Source of the DNA: an uncultured virus (IMG/VR IMGVR_UViG_3300011438_000001)
Taxonomy: Duplodnaviria; Heunggongvirae; Uroviricota; Caudoviricetes
Length of the DNA stretch: 64,000 nt
IMG/VR virus record: IMGVR_UViG_3300011438_000001
Reading direction: 5' to 3' (one strand)
A program made the translations under genes and the position numbers. The notes beneath the pieces were generated by a model. It searched no databases. It had not been told where the DNA came from and saw nothing but the letters and a program-made list of their open reading frames with translations. Shown here one piece after another: positions 19,283 to 28,207 of this stretch; within the stretch, counting starts at the first letter, position 1, and the number at the start of each line of letters is the position of its first letter.

Positions 19283-19468
19283 TCAACCTTGAACCATCAT
19301 CGAAAACACGATGCAGATAATCGCGCCGACCACCAGCCCCAAAACAACCGCCATTATTGACCCAATCGTAATTCCTGGCGGATCTTCAATCTCCTTGGCC
19401 CGCAGCTTTTGATACTCCGCCCATTTTTGATACTCCGCCCATTCAGCATCGTCGATTCTCTTGGCCAT
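19283..19468 (-). CDS. small membrane protein
   Basis: one C-terminal TM helix. Confidence 0.55.
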   Translation of the reverse strand: MAKRIDDAEWAEYQKWAEYQKLRAKEIEDPPGITIGSIMAVVLGLVVGAIICIVFSMMVQG

Positions 19469-19469
19469 C

Positions 19470-19880
19470 TTATTTCTCCCGCTCCCGCTTCCCCAACTCC
19501 ACCAGCATCTTCACCGCCGCCCCGACCGCCGCCATCCCCAACCCACCAAACCCGACCATCACCAGCGTCAGCACGACCGACATCCTGGCCACTCGCTCAT
19601 TAGGCTGGTTGAAAATCCCGCCCTCGCCATATCCGGTCAGGTCTTTAATCAAGACCCATCCGAATGGGGCATAAACAACCGCCATCGTTATAAACGCACC
19701 GGCCAGCAGCCCCTTGGCCAGTGCTTCCGCCAAGCGATGCCACTCGGGCTCGACCGGCTCTCTAAGGTCGATAGGTGGTGCAAGGTGAGCTTGGGTATCG
19801 TAACGAGTATCGATTCGGCCCCAGCGATAAGGCGGCGGGTCGGGGCGGTCCCAGATCTTCCAGCGATCCCAGATTTTCAT
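19470..19880 (-). CDS. membrane protein (2 TM)
   Basis: two hydrophobic helices. Confidence 0.55.
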   Translation of the reverse strand: MKIWDRWKIWDRPDPPPYRWGRIDTRYDTQAHLAPPIDLREPVEPEWHRLAEALAKGLLAGAFITMAVVYAPFGWVLIKDLTGYGEGGIFNQPNERVARMSVVLTLVMVGFGGLGMAAVGAAVKMLVELGKREREK

Positions 19881-20176
19881 TTCTTGCCTGCCTTTCCCCT
19901 TATCAACTCCCGCTTCTCCCGGCGCGTCAGCCCCGACAGACGCTGCCCGTTGTGATGGTCATACATTGTCTCCGCCGCCTTGCGTACATCAACCGCCCCG
20001 GCATTGTGCGCGGCAAACAAGCAGTTCTGCCACAGCGGCAGATCACCATGCGCCTGCTTGTCATACCACGTCCAGCAACTGATGTCGTCCGGACGTTGGA
20101 GTTCAATGGTCTTTGCGTCGAGCATGTTGGTGATCAAAGCGCACCTCCTGCCCTTCCCCAGCCCTCGGGCTCCCAT
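19877..20176 (-). CDS. hypothetical protein
   Basis: ATGA overlap with the downstream gene. Confidence 0.5.
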   Translation of the reverse strand: MGARGLGKGRRCALITNMLDAKTIELQRPDDISCWTWYDKQAHGDLPLWQNCLFAAHNAGAVDVRKAAETMYDHHNGQRLSGLTRREKRELIRGKAGKK

Positions 20177-20484
20177 CCGTTCTTGTCATCCTTCTGCCAG
20201 TCCCTGCCGGCAATCGCCGTTGGAACCCCGCCATCAAAAAAGAAGATCGTCTTCAAGCCCAGGTCATGGTGCTCCTGCGCCTGCAGTTCTTGCGCTTCCA
20301 GATCAAGCTCCTCCTGGTCCCAGTCATCATCTGCATCACTATTCAGCGCAGCCATCAGCGGCGCCATCCCGACCCGCACCGGCGAGCCATGCTCATTCTT
20401 TGGAACCACCGCCCCACCTGGAATGGGATTGTAAACTGCGCGTCTATAGGCCGACTTTAAAAACCGTGAGTGTCGAACGTCCAT
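20134..20484 (-). CDS. acidic hypothetical protein
   Basis: AAAGGAG RBS, promoter directly upstream. Confidence 0.55.
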   Translation of the reverse strand: MDVRHSRFLKSAYRRAVYNPIPGGAVVPKNEHGSPVRVGMAPLMAALNSDADDDWDQEELDLEAQELQAQEHHDLGLKTIFFFDGGVPTAIAGRDWQKDDKNGWEPEGWGRAGGAL

Positions 20485-20522
20485 CTTCAAATCTCCTTTC
20501 AACTGTCCCGTTGGTTCGATCA

Positions 20523-20552
20523 AGCATACCAGTTCTTGCTAGAACTGACAAG
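20523..20552 (-). promoter_or_regulatory. promoter TTGTCA-17-TATGCT overlapping operator CTTGCTAGAACTGACAAG (20535-20552)
   Basis: read directly. Confidence 0.6.
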
Positions 20553-20553
20553 C

Positions 20554-20601
20554 AAAAAGGGGGCAGGAATTCTGGCCTCTCGACCAATCCCCTGCCCCCT
20601 T
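20554..20601 (-). terminator. intrinsic terminator (AAGGGGGCAGG / CCTGCCCCCTT plus U-tract)
   Basis: GC stem followed by a T run on the minus strand. Confidence 0.7.
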
Positions 20602-20614
20602 GCTTCTTGCCCTT

Positions 20615-21130
20615 CTAAAGATTGGGCCATGCCTGCGGATCGCAGATATCGCAACTCTCGCCAGCCGGCAGGTTGGAGCAGTCATGATCCGGCCACCGCT
20701 GCCCCTGCATCTCACAAGCAGAATCATGCTCGTCCCCGTACCACGACCGGTCGTCGCAGGTGCATTCGGGCTCATAATCATCCTCATCTTTGTCTTTGGG
20801 AGCCCCTAGGACGACCGGCATCCGCCCCTTCTCATCGGCCAGCACCATCTCTTCCCCAACGACCCCGGGCAGCACGCAGATCGCCACGCCCAGCCGCGCA
20901 TCGAGCATCATATCGCTGATTGCTTCCTCGGCATCTCTTCCTTTAACCGTGATGGCCAGCACGCGGCCCCAGTTGTCCAATCCAATCCCAGTCCACTTGA
21001 CCCGGTTCTTGCTCGAGAAATCACGACCTCGCGCCGGCTGGCGGATGTAGCGGGTCAGCGGCCGGCCGTCTGCCCCTAGCGGCTCAGTGCCCTTCTTAGG
21101 CCTTCCTGGTCCACGTTTCACGATTGTCAC
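20615..21130 (-). CDS. hypothetical protein with AT-hook-like KRGPGRPKK and Cys/Asp-rich tail
   Basis: motifs in translation; GGAGG RBS. Confidence 0.55.
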   Translation of the reverse strand: MTIVKRGPGRPKKGTEPLGADGRPLTRYIRQPARGRDFSSKNRVKWTGIGLDNWGRVLAITVKGRDAEEAISDMMLDARLGVAICVLPGVVGEEMVLADEKGRMPVVLGAPKDKDEDDYEPECTCDDRSWYGDEHDSACEMQGQRWPDHDCSNLPAGESCDICDPQAWPNL

Positions 21131-21369
21131 GATTGCACCTCCCTTACTACCGACCTTACCGACCTTGCCGACCCATCCCCAACGGGAGGCAAATCCCGCC
21201 AGTAAACTTCTTTCCTCCGTTCAAACTCCGCCAGTGCATCCGCCTTGGCCAGCAGCCATCCCGCCACCTTCATGCAGTGGTAGCGGGATTGCAGCATGAT
21301 GACGAATGCACCAATGGCCGTGATGAGAATGAGGGTTGATGCGTTGCTGAGGAATTCCAGGAGCATCAC
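21127..21369 (-). CDS. small membrane protein
   Basis: N-terminal TM helix. Confidence 0.5.
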   Translation of the reverse strand: MMLLEFLSNASTLILITAIGAFVIMLQSRYHCMKVAGWLLAKADALAEFERRKEVYWRDLPPVGDGSARSVRSVVREVQS

Positions 21370-22031
21370 TTCACCGCCTGCGCAGCAGCCCAGATGGCCG
21401 CAGCATCTGCCCTCACCTCAGCCTTCGCGCAGCATGCGGGGCAAAGCTCATAGCCATCCCCGCCCCAATCCGCCTTGTCCTTGGGATCGATCTCGACCTT
21501 CCCGCATTCCTGGCAGGTGTAGATCTTGGCTTCAATATCACCAACCCACAACCAAGCCTGCACATAAGCTCCGTCGTCGTCCCCAAACGAGACAACCGCG
21601 TTGTCATCAACCTCTAACTCCCCTTCCTTGCCACTAACCTCATCCTTCGCCGCTTGGCGATAAGCCGCTGCCAACTCCCCGTCCTGGTCCCCGCCGCCCA
21701 CGATCGCAACATCCGTTGCCGCGCCGACCCACCTTGCGATCCGCGCCGTCGCCGTCTCCGGTCCCTCATCCGCCGCAGCATATCCTGCAACGTCTTTCAA
21801 CATAAACCCCCGCGCCTCTGCCGCCATGATCACGTCGATCACAAAGTCTTGAAACTCTGTCCCATCAGCCTTGGCATAAAGCGCATAAGCCGCCTCGGCA
21901 TGGTTGATGTGGTCCTGCCGCGAGGGGAAGACCCCGCAGGTTTTGTCCCCGGGGCATTTCGGATTCGAGCAAGTGACCTTGTCATGAGCCCACTTGATCG
22001 TTGATTTTCCAGCCGTCCATTTGTTGATCAT
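21366..22031 (-). CDS. hypothetical protein with Zn-finger-like CxxC pairs
   Basis: GELEVDDNAVVS...GAYVQAW motif seen in other phages; CQEC/CPAC. Confidence 0.6.
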   Translation of the reverse strand: MINKWTAGKSTIKWAHDKVTCSNPKCPGDKTCGVFPSRQDHINHAEAAYALYAKADGTEFQDFVIDVIMAAEARGFMLKDVAGYAAADEGPETATARIARWVGAATDVAIVGGGDQDGELAAAYRQAAKDEVSGKEGELEVDDNAVVSFGDDDGAYVQAWLWVGDIEAKIYTCQECGKVEIDPKDKADWGGDGYELCPACCAKAEVRADAAAIWAAAQAVK

Positions 22032-22228
22032 GACTCCACCTCCTCGGTGAGCCCGGCCTCTTTGCGCTCGATGGTAGCTTCCACCACTCGCCACTCACGC
22101 ACCGCCATCCAACGCCCCGCCAAGTTGGCTCCTGCTTCCTCGGCTGCTTCATGCGTGTCGTACACCAGGGCATTCGAGCACCACTTCCCCGATGAATCGG
22201 CGATCACTTCCACCTTAAACTTCTTCAT
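22028..22228 (-). CDS. conserved phage hypothetical protein (KVEVIADSSGKWCSNAL)
   Basis: familiar small phage family; RBS and promoter upstream. Confidence 0.7.
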   Translation of the reverse strand: MKKFKVEVIADSSGKWCSNALVYDTHEAAEEAGANLAGRWMAVREWRVVEATIERKEAGLTEEVES

Positions 22229-22263
22229 TTCGTTCCCCTTTCTTAAATTTTCCAGCCATCCCA

Positions 22264-22293
22264 ACTATACGCTTGCCAACTCTGACAAGCAAT
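22264..22293 (-). promoter_or_regulatory. promoter TTGCTT-17-TATAGT with operator CTTGCCAACTCTGACAAG (22272-22289)
   Basis: read directly. Confidence 0.6.
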
Positions 22294-22330
22294 AGGTTGG
22301 GCAATAAAATATCACACTTCCTGCGAATTT

Positions 22331-22528
22331 TTATTTCGCCTGATCATAAGGCGAAATAACAACCGGCTCGTTATGCGGCCTGATCGTCGCGATCCCCAGG
22401 CTATTCGCCTTGACCTTGCAGACCTTGCCGCAGCTTGGGCAGTGGACCCATCTCCTGACGTTCTCATAAGACGAGATCGTCATCGGGCCTGCGCAATTGC
22501 ACTGGCGTTTCGCTGGGGTCGAGGTCAT
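22331..22528 (-). CDS. small Zn-ribbon protein (CPSC)
   Basis: Cys motifs; ATGA overlap. Confidence 0.5.
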   Translation of the reverse strand: MTSTPAKRQCNCAGPMTISSYENVRRWVHCPSCGKVCKVKANSLGIATIRPHNEPVVISPYDQAK

Positions 22529-22737
22529 GACTTAACCCTCACTTCCCCAAGGTCCAGCCCCGGAGCCCTCTCCCCTTCCAGCTGGCTCACCACAGCCGTT
22601 GCGGTCGGCACTTGCCCCGCGCCGACCGGCGGCTTGGCCGGCGGCTTGGCATCGACCATCGCGAAGATAGACCGCAGCCGGTCCATGTCGGTCTTTACTG
22701 CTTTCAAGATCGTCATTCGAATTCGTTCCCCTTTCAC
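22525..22737 (-). CDS. hypothetical protein
   Basis: operon context. Confidence 0.45.
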   Translation of the reverse strand: MKGERIRMTILKAVKTDMDRLRSIFAMVDAKPPAKPPVGAGQVPTATAVVSQLEGERAPGLDLGEVRVKS

Positions 22738-22791
22738 TTGAGCCCATCGACCATCCCCGCTGGCCGATGAGCCCCTTGAAAGTCCGGAGCC

Positions 22792-23103
22792 CTATTGCCC
22801 CGGCTCTACCGTCTCGCCTTCCTCCTGCGCTCTCACCTTGGCCAACTGCTCAGCCACTTCGTACCAGGACGTCGCCAACCCGGTAAAGATCCGATGCAGG
22901 CTTTTGTTTCCCAACTGCAGGCAGATGAGCGCCACCTGATTGCATGAATCCGCCTTGTTCATGGCGCATTCCGGATCGATATCTTCGCCACCTTTGCGCA
23001 CGAACTTAACGTACTCCTCCTGGTCAGCCGCGCCCCATTCAAAGGCGGTTGTCATGGCGTCCAACTGATCAAAGCTCAGTTCCAAAACCGTTGGTTTGTA
23101 CAT
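22792..23103 (-). CDS. hypothetical protein
   Basis: AAAGGAG RBS. Confidence 0.6.
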   Translation of the reverse strand: MYKPTVLELSFDQLDAMTTAFEWGAADQEEYVKFVRKGGEDIDPECAMNKADSCNQVALICLQLGNKSLHRIFTGLATSWYEVAEQLAKVRAQEEGETVEPGQ

Positions 23104-23130
23104 CAGCTTTTTGCTCCTTTCAAAATTCCC

Positions 23131-23328
23131 CTAGTCCCCGATATCGACCTGCGCCACCAACGAGGTCCAGTGCTTCTCACCTTCCCGCTGGTAATAAATC
23201 CGGATATCCCGTGTCGCGAATAGGATATTCAGCGACGACGCCACCTCATGGGCCTTCGCCGATGGAACCCCGCGCAGCACATAATCCAAGTCTTCCCCGG
23301 TTGACCTTCTAATCACAACTTTTGCCAT
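23131..23328 (-). CDS. hypothetical protein
   Basis: AAAGGGG RBS. Confidence 0.55.
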   Translation of the reverse strand: MAKVVIRRSTGEDLDYVLRGVPSAKAHEVASSLNILFATRDIRIYYQREGEKHWTSLVAQVDIGD

Positions 23329-23448
23329 TGCTCAATTCCCCTTTCAAAATCTCGAGCCTGCAATCCGCAGAATTCTCGAGTGCGATCTACTCGCATTTGA
23401 ACCGGCTCGCCTGCGCATGCCGGTCCCTTGCGATTATTCCGCCATCAC

Positions 23449-23919
23449 CTATCCCTTGCTCGCCACTCGCGCATCCATCTCGCGTATCATCCGCTCGCGC
23501 TGAATGAACCGATCGCCTGCCTTGCTCTGCAGGCTCCTGCAGTGCGGCTCCCCGCTATCCAAGCTCGCCTGATGTTGCTCTTTGGGCTCCCCGCACATCT
23601 GGCACGTTGCTAGCCCATCCGGACCCGCCGTTGCAAGCTCCATCAGCTTGGCTGCAATCTCGCGCAACTCCCGCCTCCAAGCCGCCCCAGTCGCATCGTG
23701 CCCGGTCAGCGCCATGTCGCGAGACTTCGCGAGCAACGCCTGCACAGCGCACCGGATCGCCCCCCTAGTCCTGCGCACCGGCCGTTGCTTAACGTCCCCC
23801 AGCATGTGCCCCAGCGTTTCTGGAAGCAACCCATCGCTGGAGTAATAAAGCTCGTTCCATTCTCCCGTGGTGAAATGCACGGGATCGATCGTGACCAACT
23901 TAGCCTTTGCCATTTTCAT
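23449..23919 (-). CDS. hypothetical protein
   Basis: ATGA overlap with the upstream ORF. Confidence 0.55.
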   Translation of the reverse strand: MKMAKAKLVTIDPVHFTTGEWNELYYSSDGLLPETLGHMLGDVKQRPVRRTRGAIRCAVQALLAKSRDMALTGHDATGAAWRRELREIAAKLMELATAGPDGLATCQMCGEPKEQHQASLDSGEPHCRSLQSKAGDRFIQRERMIREMDARVASKG

Positions 23920-24185
23920 ACCAACCTTTCCATCTTCGCTTCGTTGTTTTCGGTGTAGTGCCGCTCGACTTTGTTTGCCCCATGCGAGAGCGCCCATTTG
24001 ACCGCTTCCTCAACCGTGCCGACCCATGCCCCGCCGATGAAATAAACACCGTGCCATTCCAGCAGTTCGACATAGACCCGGCTTGGGTCTATCCAGGTGT
24101 AGACTACGGCGTTTCGGGCTCCTTTGGCCAGCTTATAAGGCGTTGGCTCACCGACCCGCCGCAACGCTTCCATTGCTTTTGCCAT
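23916..24185 (-). CDS. hypothetical protein
   Basis: RBS and operon context. Confidence 0.5.
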   Translation of the reverse strand: MAKAMEALRRVGEPTPYKLAKGARNAVVYTWIDPSRVYVELLEWHGVYFIGGAWVGTVEEAVKWALSHGANKVERHYTENNEAKMERLV

Positions 24186-24189
24186 CGGC

Positions 24190-24477
24190 CTAAATCCCCC
24201 CTTCTTTCCGAATCTCGGCAAGGTTCATTGCCATCGCCCATTTCAACATCGCGCCTGCGAGCTTAACAGGCGATTCAAACGTCCCCAGCAGCCGCAGCCG
24301 ACCGCTGTTTATCAAAGCGACCCGGCTGGCAGGAACCACTTCATTGGCTCCACAGAGCCACGCCACGCCCCCGCCGCCGCCATCGCCTTCCGCCCCGACC
24401 CACACGGTTATGGGAAACTCCCGCCGCGCTATCTCATTGGCTTTTGCCAGCAACTTAGGATTCATCATTTGGAACAA
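24190..24477 (-). CDS. hypothetical protein
   Basis: AAGGAG RBS. Confidence 0.5.
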   Translation of the reverse strand: MFQMMNPKLLAKANEIARREFPITVWVGAEGDGGGGGVAWLCGANEVVPASRVALINSGRLRLLGTFESPVKLAGAMLKWAMAMNLAEIRKEGGI

Positions 24478-24746
24478 AGCTCCTTTATCCGCAACTTGAC
24501 CGCTTTGGCAACCGGTCCCCGATAGCTGAACGCCTGCCCCAGGAACCGCAGGCCAATATGCCGACCGTATTCCTGGTAATACTGCTGGTCGAACGAGTCC
24601 ATCTCCAGCAGCGCCTGCAGATAAGGCACAGCGCCGAAATAAACCTTGCCGCCCCAGTCGGCTTTGACAATCGCGCCCAACGTCGCCGGGCTCTCAGCCC
24701 GGGCAATATGCTGCAGCAGTTCGTTAGTCACTTCAAGTTTTGCCAT
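24465..24746 (-). CDS. conserved phage early hypothetical protein (YFGAVPYL motif)
   Basis: DW..VYFGAVPYL.A...FL..A..YRG..A..VK pattern seen in many phages. Confidence 0.7.
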   Translation of the reverse strand: MAKLEVTNELLQHIARAESPATLGAIVKADWGGKVYFGAVPYLQALLEMDSFDQQYYQEYGRHIGLRFLGQAFSYRGPVAKAVKLRIKELCSK

Positions 24747-25002
24747 TTGACTATTCCCCTTTGCTCTAGAATTCCAACTTTGGGAAAATATCCCGGCATG
24801 CCGACCGACCTTTGCTAGTCGGCATGCTGCGATGCTTTCACTAATCGAACCACTCAAACCGCAACGGGATCGATGGGGGCAGTTTGTGATACTCCCGCTC
24901 AGATGCGATATGCATAAAATCCACCATATCGCCGAATAGATGCGCAGTCAGCCGCTTGTGATCAATCCGCCTAATTTGTCTCAGCATTTTGAACCCCCAA
25001 AG

Positions 25003-25236
25003 CTATTCGCCATGCTCGGCAATCCGGATAAGCTCCGCCATTTCCCGCGCCTGATTCAACGCATATTCCGCCTCTTCAGGCGAGAATCCCAACTTGGCGA
25101 GCTTAGCCCTTATCCGCCGATTTGCGCCTCGCTGAATCCGCCTTGCATGGCCACCATCGCGCCTATGCGCCCATCGGTCGATTCCACTGTTCACAGTCTC
25201 AATATATTCATCTTGCAGGCCGATTAGATTATGCAT
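25003..25236 (-). CDS. hypothetical protein
   Basis: GAGG RBS; overlap with the upstream ORF. Confidence 0.5.
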   Translation of the reverse strand: MHNLIGLQDEYIETVNSGIDRWAHRRDGGHARRIQRGANRRIRAKLAKLGFSPEEAEYALNQAREMAELIRIAEHGE

Positions 25237-25522
25237 TTGCGACCTCGTTTTCCTTCGATTCAACCACCTGACGGACCATGTGCAAATCAGACATTCCAAG
25301 CCCGAAATTTGTGCCATGGCGAGTAACCAACGCGAGCGCAAATGCTCGCCACGCTCGCCAAACGCGATCGCCAGCCGACCGTTCTAGCACGTCTGTTTCA
25401 ACGTCCACATGGACATGCGCAGTCCCTTCACATCGAACATGCAAACCTGCGTCTCGGAACTTTTCCGCCATCGATTGGACCAACGTCGGCCCGACATAAA
25501 CTCTCAGATGCCATCGGAACAT
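25229..25522 (-). CDS. hypothetical protein
   Basis: AGGGG RBS. Confidence 0.5.
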   Translation of the reverse strand: MFRWHLRVYVGPTLVQSMAEKFRDAGLHVRCEGTAHVHVDVETDVLERSAGDRVWRAWRAFALALVTRHGTNFGLGMSDLHMVRQVVESKENEVANA

Positions 25523-25624
25523 TGTTTTTCCCCTATTCAAATTTGCGACATGATCGCATTTGGAACGAGCCCATCACACTAGGGCTCGTTCCCTTGCTAT
25601 CTCGCCACCTATCGCCGCCCCACG

Positions 25625-26332
25625 CTATGAGAGCACAACAAACGGGCTCGCGATCGCCTTTTTCGCAGGCCCCTTTGCGCGCAGGCCGACCACGCATCCA
25701 ACCGGATCTAGAAACCTTGCGTCATGCTCGTCTCCGTCAATAACCGGATAGCCATTCCACATCGCAGGCAATGGCGAGCCTTTCTTGACCATGAAGACGA
25801 CCGAAACATTGACGCCATGCTTCAAACAATCCATAGCGTCTTGAAAATTCTCGCCAGAGTACGAAAACGTGATGTGATAATTGGCTCGCCTGCGCAACCA
25901 TGGGCGTTCAATTTTCGTATAGTCATAAAATTGCAAGTCTGGATTCTCTTTAGCTAATTGCATTGCGACATCAGGCCGATCGGAAGTTCCGTTGAATCGC
26001 ACGGCAGGCCTGCGCTTGTTTCGCTTGGCTCGCCTGCGCAAGGATTTAATATCCCGTCTCGCCTGCGTCATGAATCCGTCTCTATCCTCAAAGAACCATT
26101 TGGTCTTAGCGATTCGCGCTACCTGCGTGCTATTGAAAGCACCACGGCCTGCTTTGTTAAGACAGAATTTTGTGCAACCAACAGTGCGCCTAACGCACAT
26201 CTCATATCCCGATGAATCCGCAGGCGCAAGGTAGCAAATGCCTGTTTCGATACCCAATGGCTCGCCTTTGATCGTCTTTGCGTCGCCAGCGAAGCGCAGA
26301 ACGGTCCGTCTCTTTAATGGAGGTTTTCCCAT
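25625..26332 (-). CDS. GP88-like (radical-SAM-related) phage protein
   Basis: YLAPA..SG..MC...T.GC...CL..AGRG, AVRFNGTSD, QFYDYTK, YHITFSYS, IDGDEHDARFLDP, VGLRAKG. Confidence 0.8.
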   Translation of the reverse strand: MGKPPLKRRTVLRFAGDAKTIKGEPLGIETGICYLAPADSSGYEMCVRRTVGCTKFCLNKAGRGAFNSTQVARIAKTKWFFEDRDGFMTQARRDIKSLRRRAKRNKRRPAVRFNGTSDRPDVAMQLAKENPDLQFYDYTKIERPWLRRRANYHITFSYSGENFQDAMDCLKHGVNVSVVFMVKKGSPLPAMWNGYPVIDGDEHDARFLDPVGCVVGLRAKGPAKKAIASPFVVLS

Positions 26333-26421
26333 TTCATTCCCCTATAGCCTGATTTTCATTTCGCAGTAGGCTATGCTGCGCGATGGGCTCGCCGATCGCC
26401 TGCGCAGGCGAGCCCATTTCA

Positions 26422-26715
26422 CTATCCTAGGGATTGCACGTCATCCGATCGCATCGGGTAATGTTCCATGGCAATATCGCCATCGCGAAACATCGTTACA
26501 GATTCTCCGCTCGCCTTTGTTTTTGAATCGTCGGAAAGTTCGCAGTAGCAAGCGTAAACATATCCTGCTACGGTCGGATTCGATCCGGAATAAACGAGCC
26601 CGATGTTTCCGCAGTAGACTTCATACGTCGGGCTCGTTAGGTCAATTCGAGACGGAGCGAGCGATTCATACGGTCGGTCGGGCTCGCCTGCGCGATTAAT
26701 TCGAACGTTTTTCAT
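26422..26715 (-). CDS. conserved phage hypothetical protein (YEV..GNIG.VYSG)
   Basis: familiar motif; first gene after the leftward early promoter. Confidence 0.6.
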   Translation of the reverse strand: MKNVRINRAGEPDRPYESLAPSRIDLTSPTYEVYCGNIGLVYSGSNPTVAGYVYACYCELSDDSKTKASGESVTMFRDGDIAMEHYPMRSDDVQSLG

Positions 26716-26748
26716 CTTCTTTCCCCTTTTTCCCTTAGGTCTTTATCT

Positions 26749-26787
26749 ATCTGACATAATCATAATGCGCCTTTACTTTGCAGTCTA
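26749..26787 (-). promoter_or_regulatory. putative early promoter TAGACT-17-TATGAT with operator half-site ATCTGACATAAT
   Basis: read on the minus strand upstream of the left-arm genes. Confidence 0.5.
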
Positions 26788-26934
26788 CAATACCCCCATT
26801 TGTGGGGGGTCTCAGTTAGACGCCCATCTAACTGTTATGGATAAGTAGTAATGTTTGCATAGACTTGCGGAGAACAGTTTGATGGTCATCTAAGTGTTGG
26901 TTCAAAATAAAATATAGGCGATGGCGATATTTTT

Positions 26935-27427
26935 TAAAGCAGGCGATCGCCGATGGGCTCGCAGGCCGACCGATCGCCTGCGTAATTGGAAGCTTAGTGT
27001 ACAAATGACACTTTGACTGGTAGCAAATTTGACTGGTAGCAAAGGTTTGGCTATGGGCTCGCCTGCGATCGCCTGCGCGAGCATGAGAGGATAGCAGGCC
27101 TGCGCGAGCCCATCGGCGATGGGTCGGCCTGCGCATGGGTCGGCCTGCGCAATGGCGAGCCCGTCGGCCTGCGATCGCCTGCGCGAGCATGGTAGCAGGC
27201 GAGCATGACCTAAAGATTAGATGGGGGTAGAATCTGCAACACCACGTCTCGTTATCTCTAAACAATACGCTAGTATGGAAACCCATAAAGGCGCAATTGT
27301 CGCAATTGTCCAATGCCGACAATGTCCAATTGCGCGAGCCCGGTAAATGGGCTCGCATGCTTCCATAGGCTATAAGATGCGACAATGGCGAGCCCGGGCT
27401 CGCATGCGACCGACACCCCCCCCCCCC
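26935..27427. repeat. non-coding motif-dense array (GCCTGCG/CGCAGGC, GGGCTCG, CGATCG), a 16-bp tandem repeat at 27012-27043, ending in a C12 run (27416-27427)
   Basis: read directly. Confidence 0.75.
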
Positions 27428-27679
27428 TTGCATTTCTCGAGCCCAGCAACACGACCAACCCCCACCACCCCCTTTTTCCTGTGGGGCCCCCGCTCGTCGC
27501 GGGGGCGGATTGCTTAATTCCCCCCTATTCGACAAAGACCTAATCCCATTTCCCCGCCTAAACTTTAGGTTTCTAATTCCCGTTGGCAAAATTCCCCAGG
27601 GTCCACCCCCTTCTCGGCCGGCAATTCAGCCCCGGTTGTCTCCATTAAATGCCTTCTAAATGCCCCGGTTGCCCCAATT

Positions 27680-28080
27680 CAACCATTTTGGGTCATTTAA
27701 ATCGCCTTGGAACCATTTTTGGGTCCAACTTTTGCCTCGGGTCCAACTTTGGGTCCAACTTCTCGATTCCCGCTAACCTATTGAAATAAAGGAGTGGGTC
27801 CAATGGGTCCAACTGGTCCCACTCTAATCTACTATTTCAAATCCAGAAGGGATGAAAAACTTACAAGAGTTCTAATATCGCGCACACGCATACGCGAAGA
27901 TAGAGGGATGGAGGGGGAATAACACTAAAGATTAGGTGGAGATCTCCTGGAGAATCCCTGCAGGGGTCAAAAGTGGGTGGACCAGTTGGACCCATTGGAC
28001 CCAGTCTTTGTTTTCTTGGGGATAGCGGGAATGACTAAGTTGGACCCAGGCTGGGGAGAAGTTGGACCTTGGACCCAAGA
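27680..28080. repeat. putative replication origin: GGGTCCAA(CT) iterons in mirrored orientation with a perfect 25-bp inverted repeat (27795-27819 / 27979-28003)
   Basis: repeats read directly; adjacent to the 3' end of the D5-like helicase. Confidence 0.65.
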
Positions 28081-28207
28081 GGCCCAAACGCCAAAACGCC
28101 GGCCGCTTTGTGGCTCAAATTGGTGGGGAAACCAATCTGGGAAGCGGCCGGCGCTGGTGGCGAACTCGGGGAACGAGTATCGGGACTCACGATCGGCAGA
28201 TTGAAGT

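Noticed and set aside
26828..27589. 253-aa ORF and other ORFs over the repeat island
   Set aside because: Translation mirrors the DNA repeats, there is no RBS, and it spans the C12 run; probably spurious
26935..28080. CRISPR array
   Set aside because: Repeats are short, irregularly spaced and in both orientations; there is no constant repeat with unique spacers
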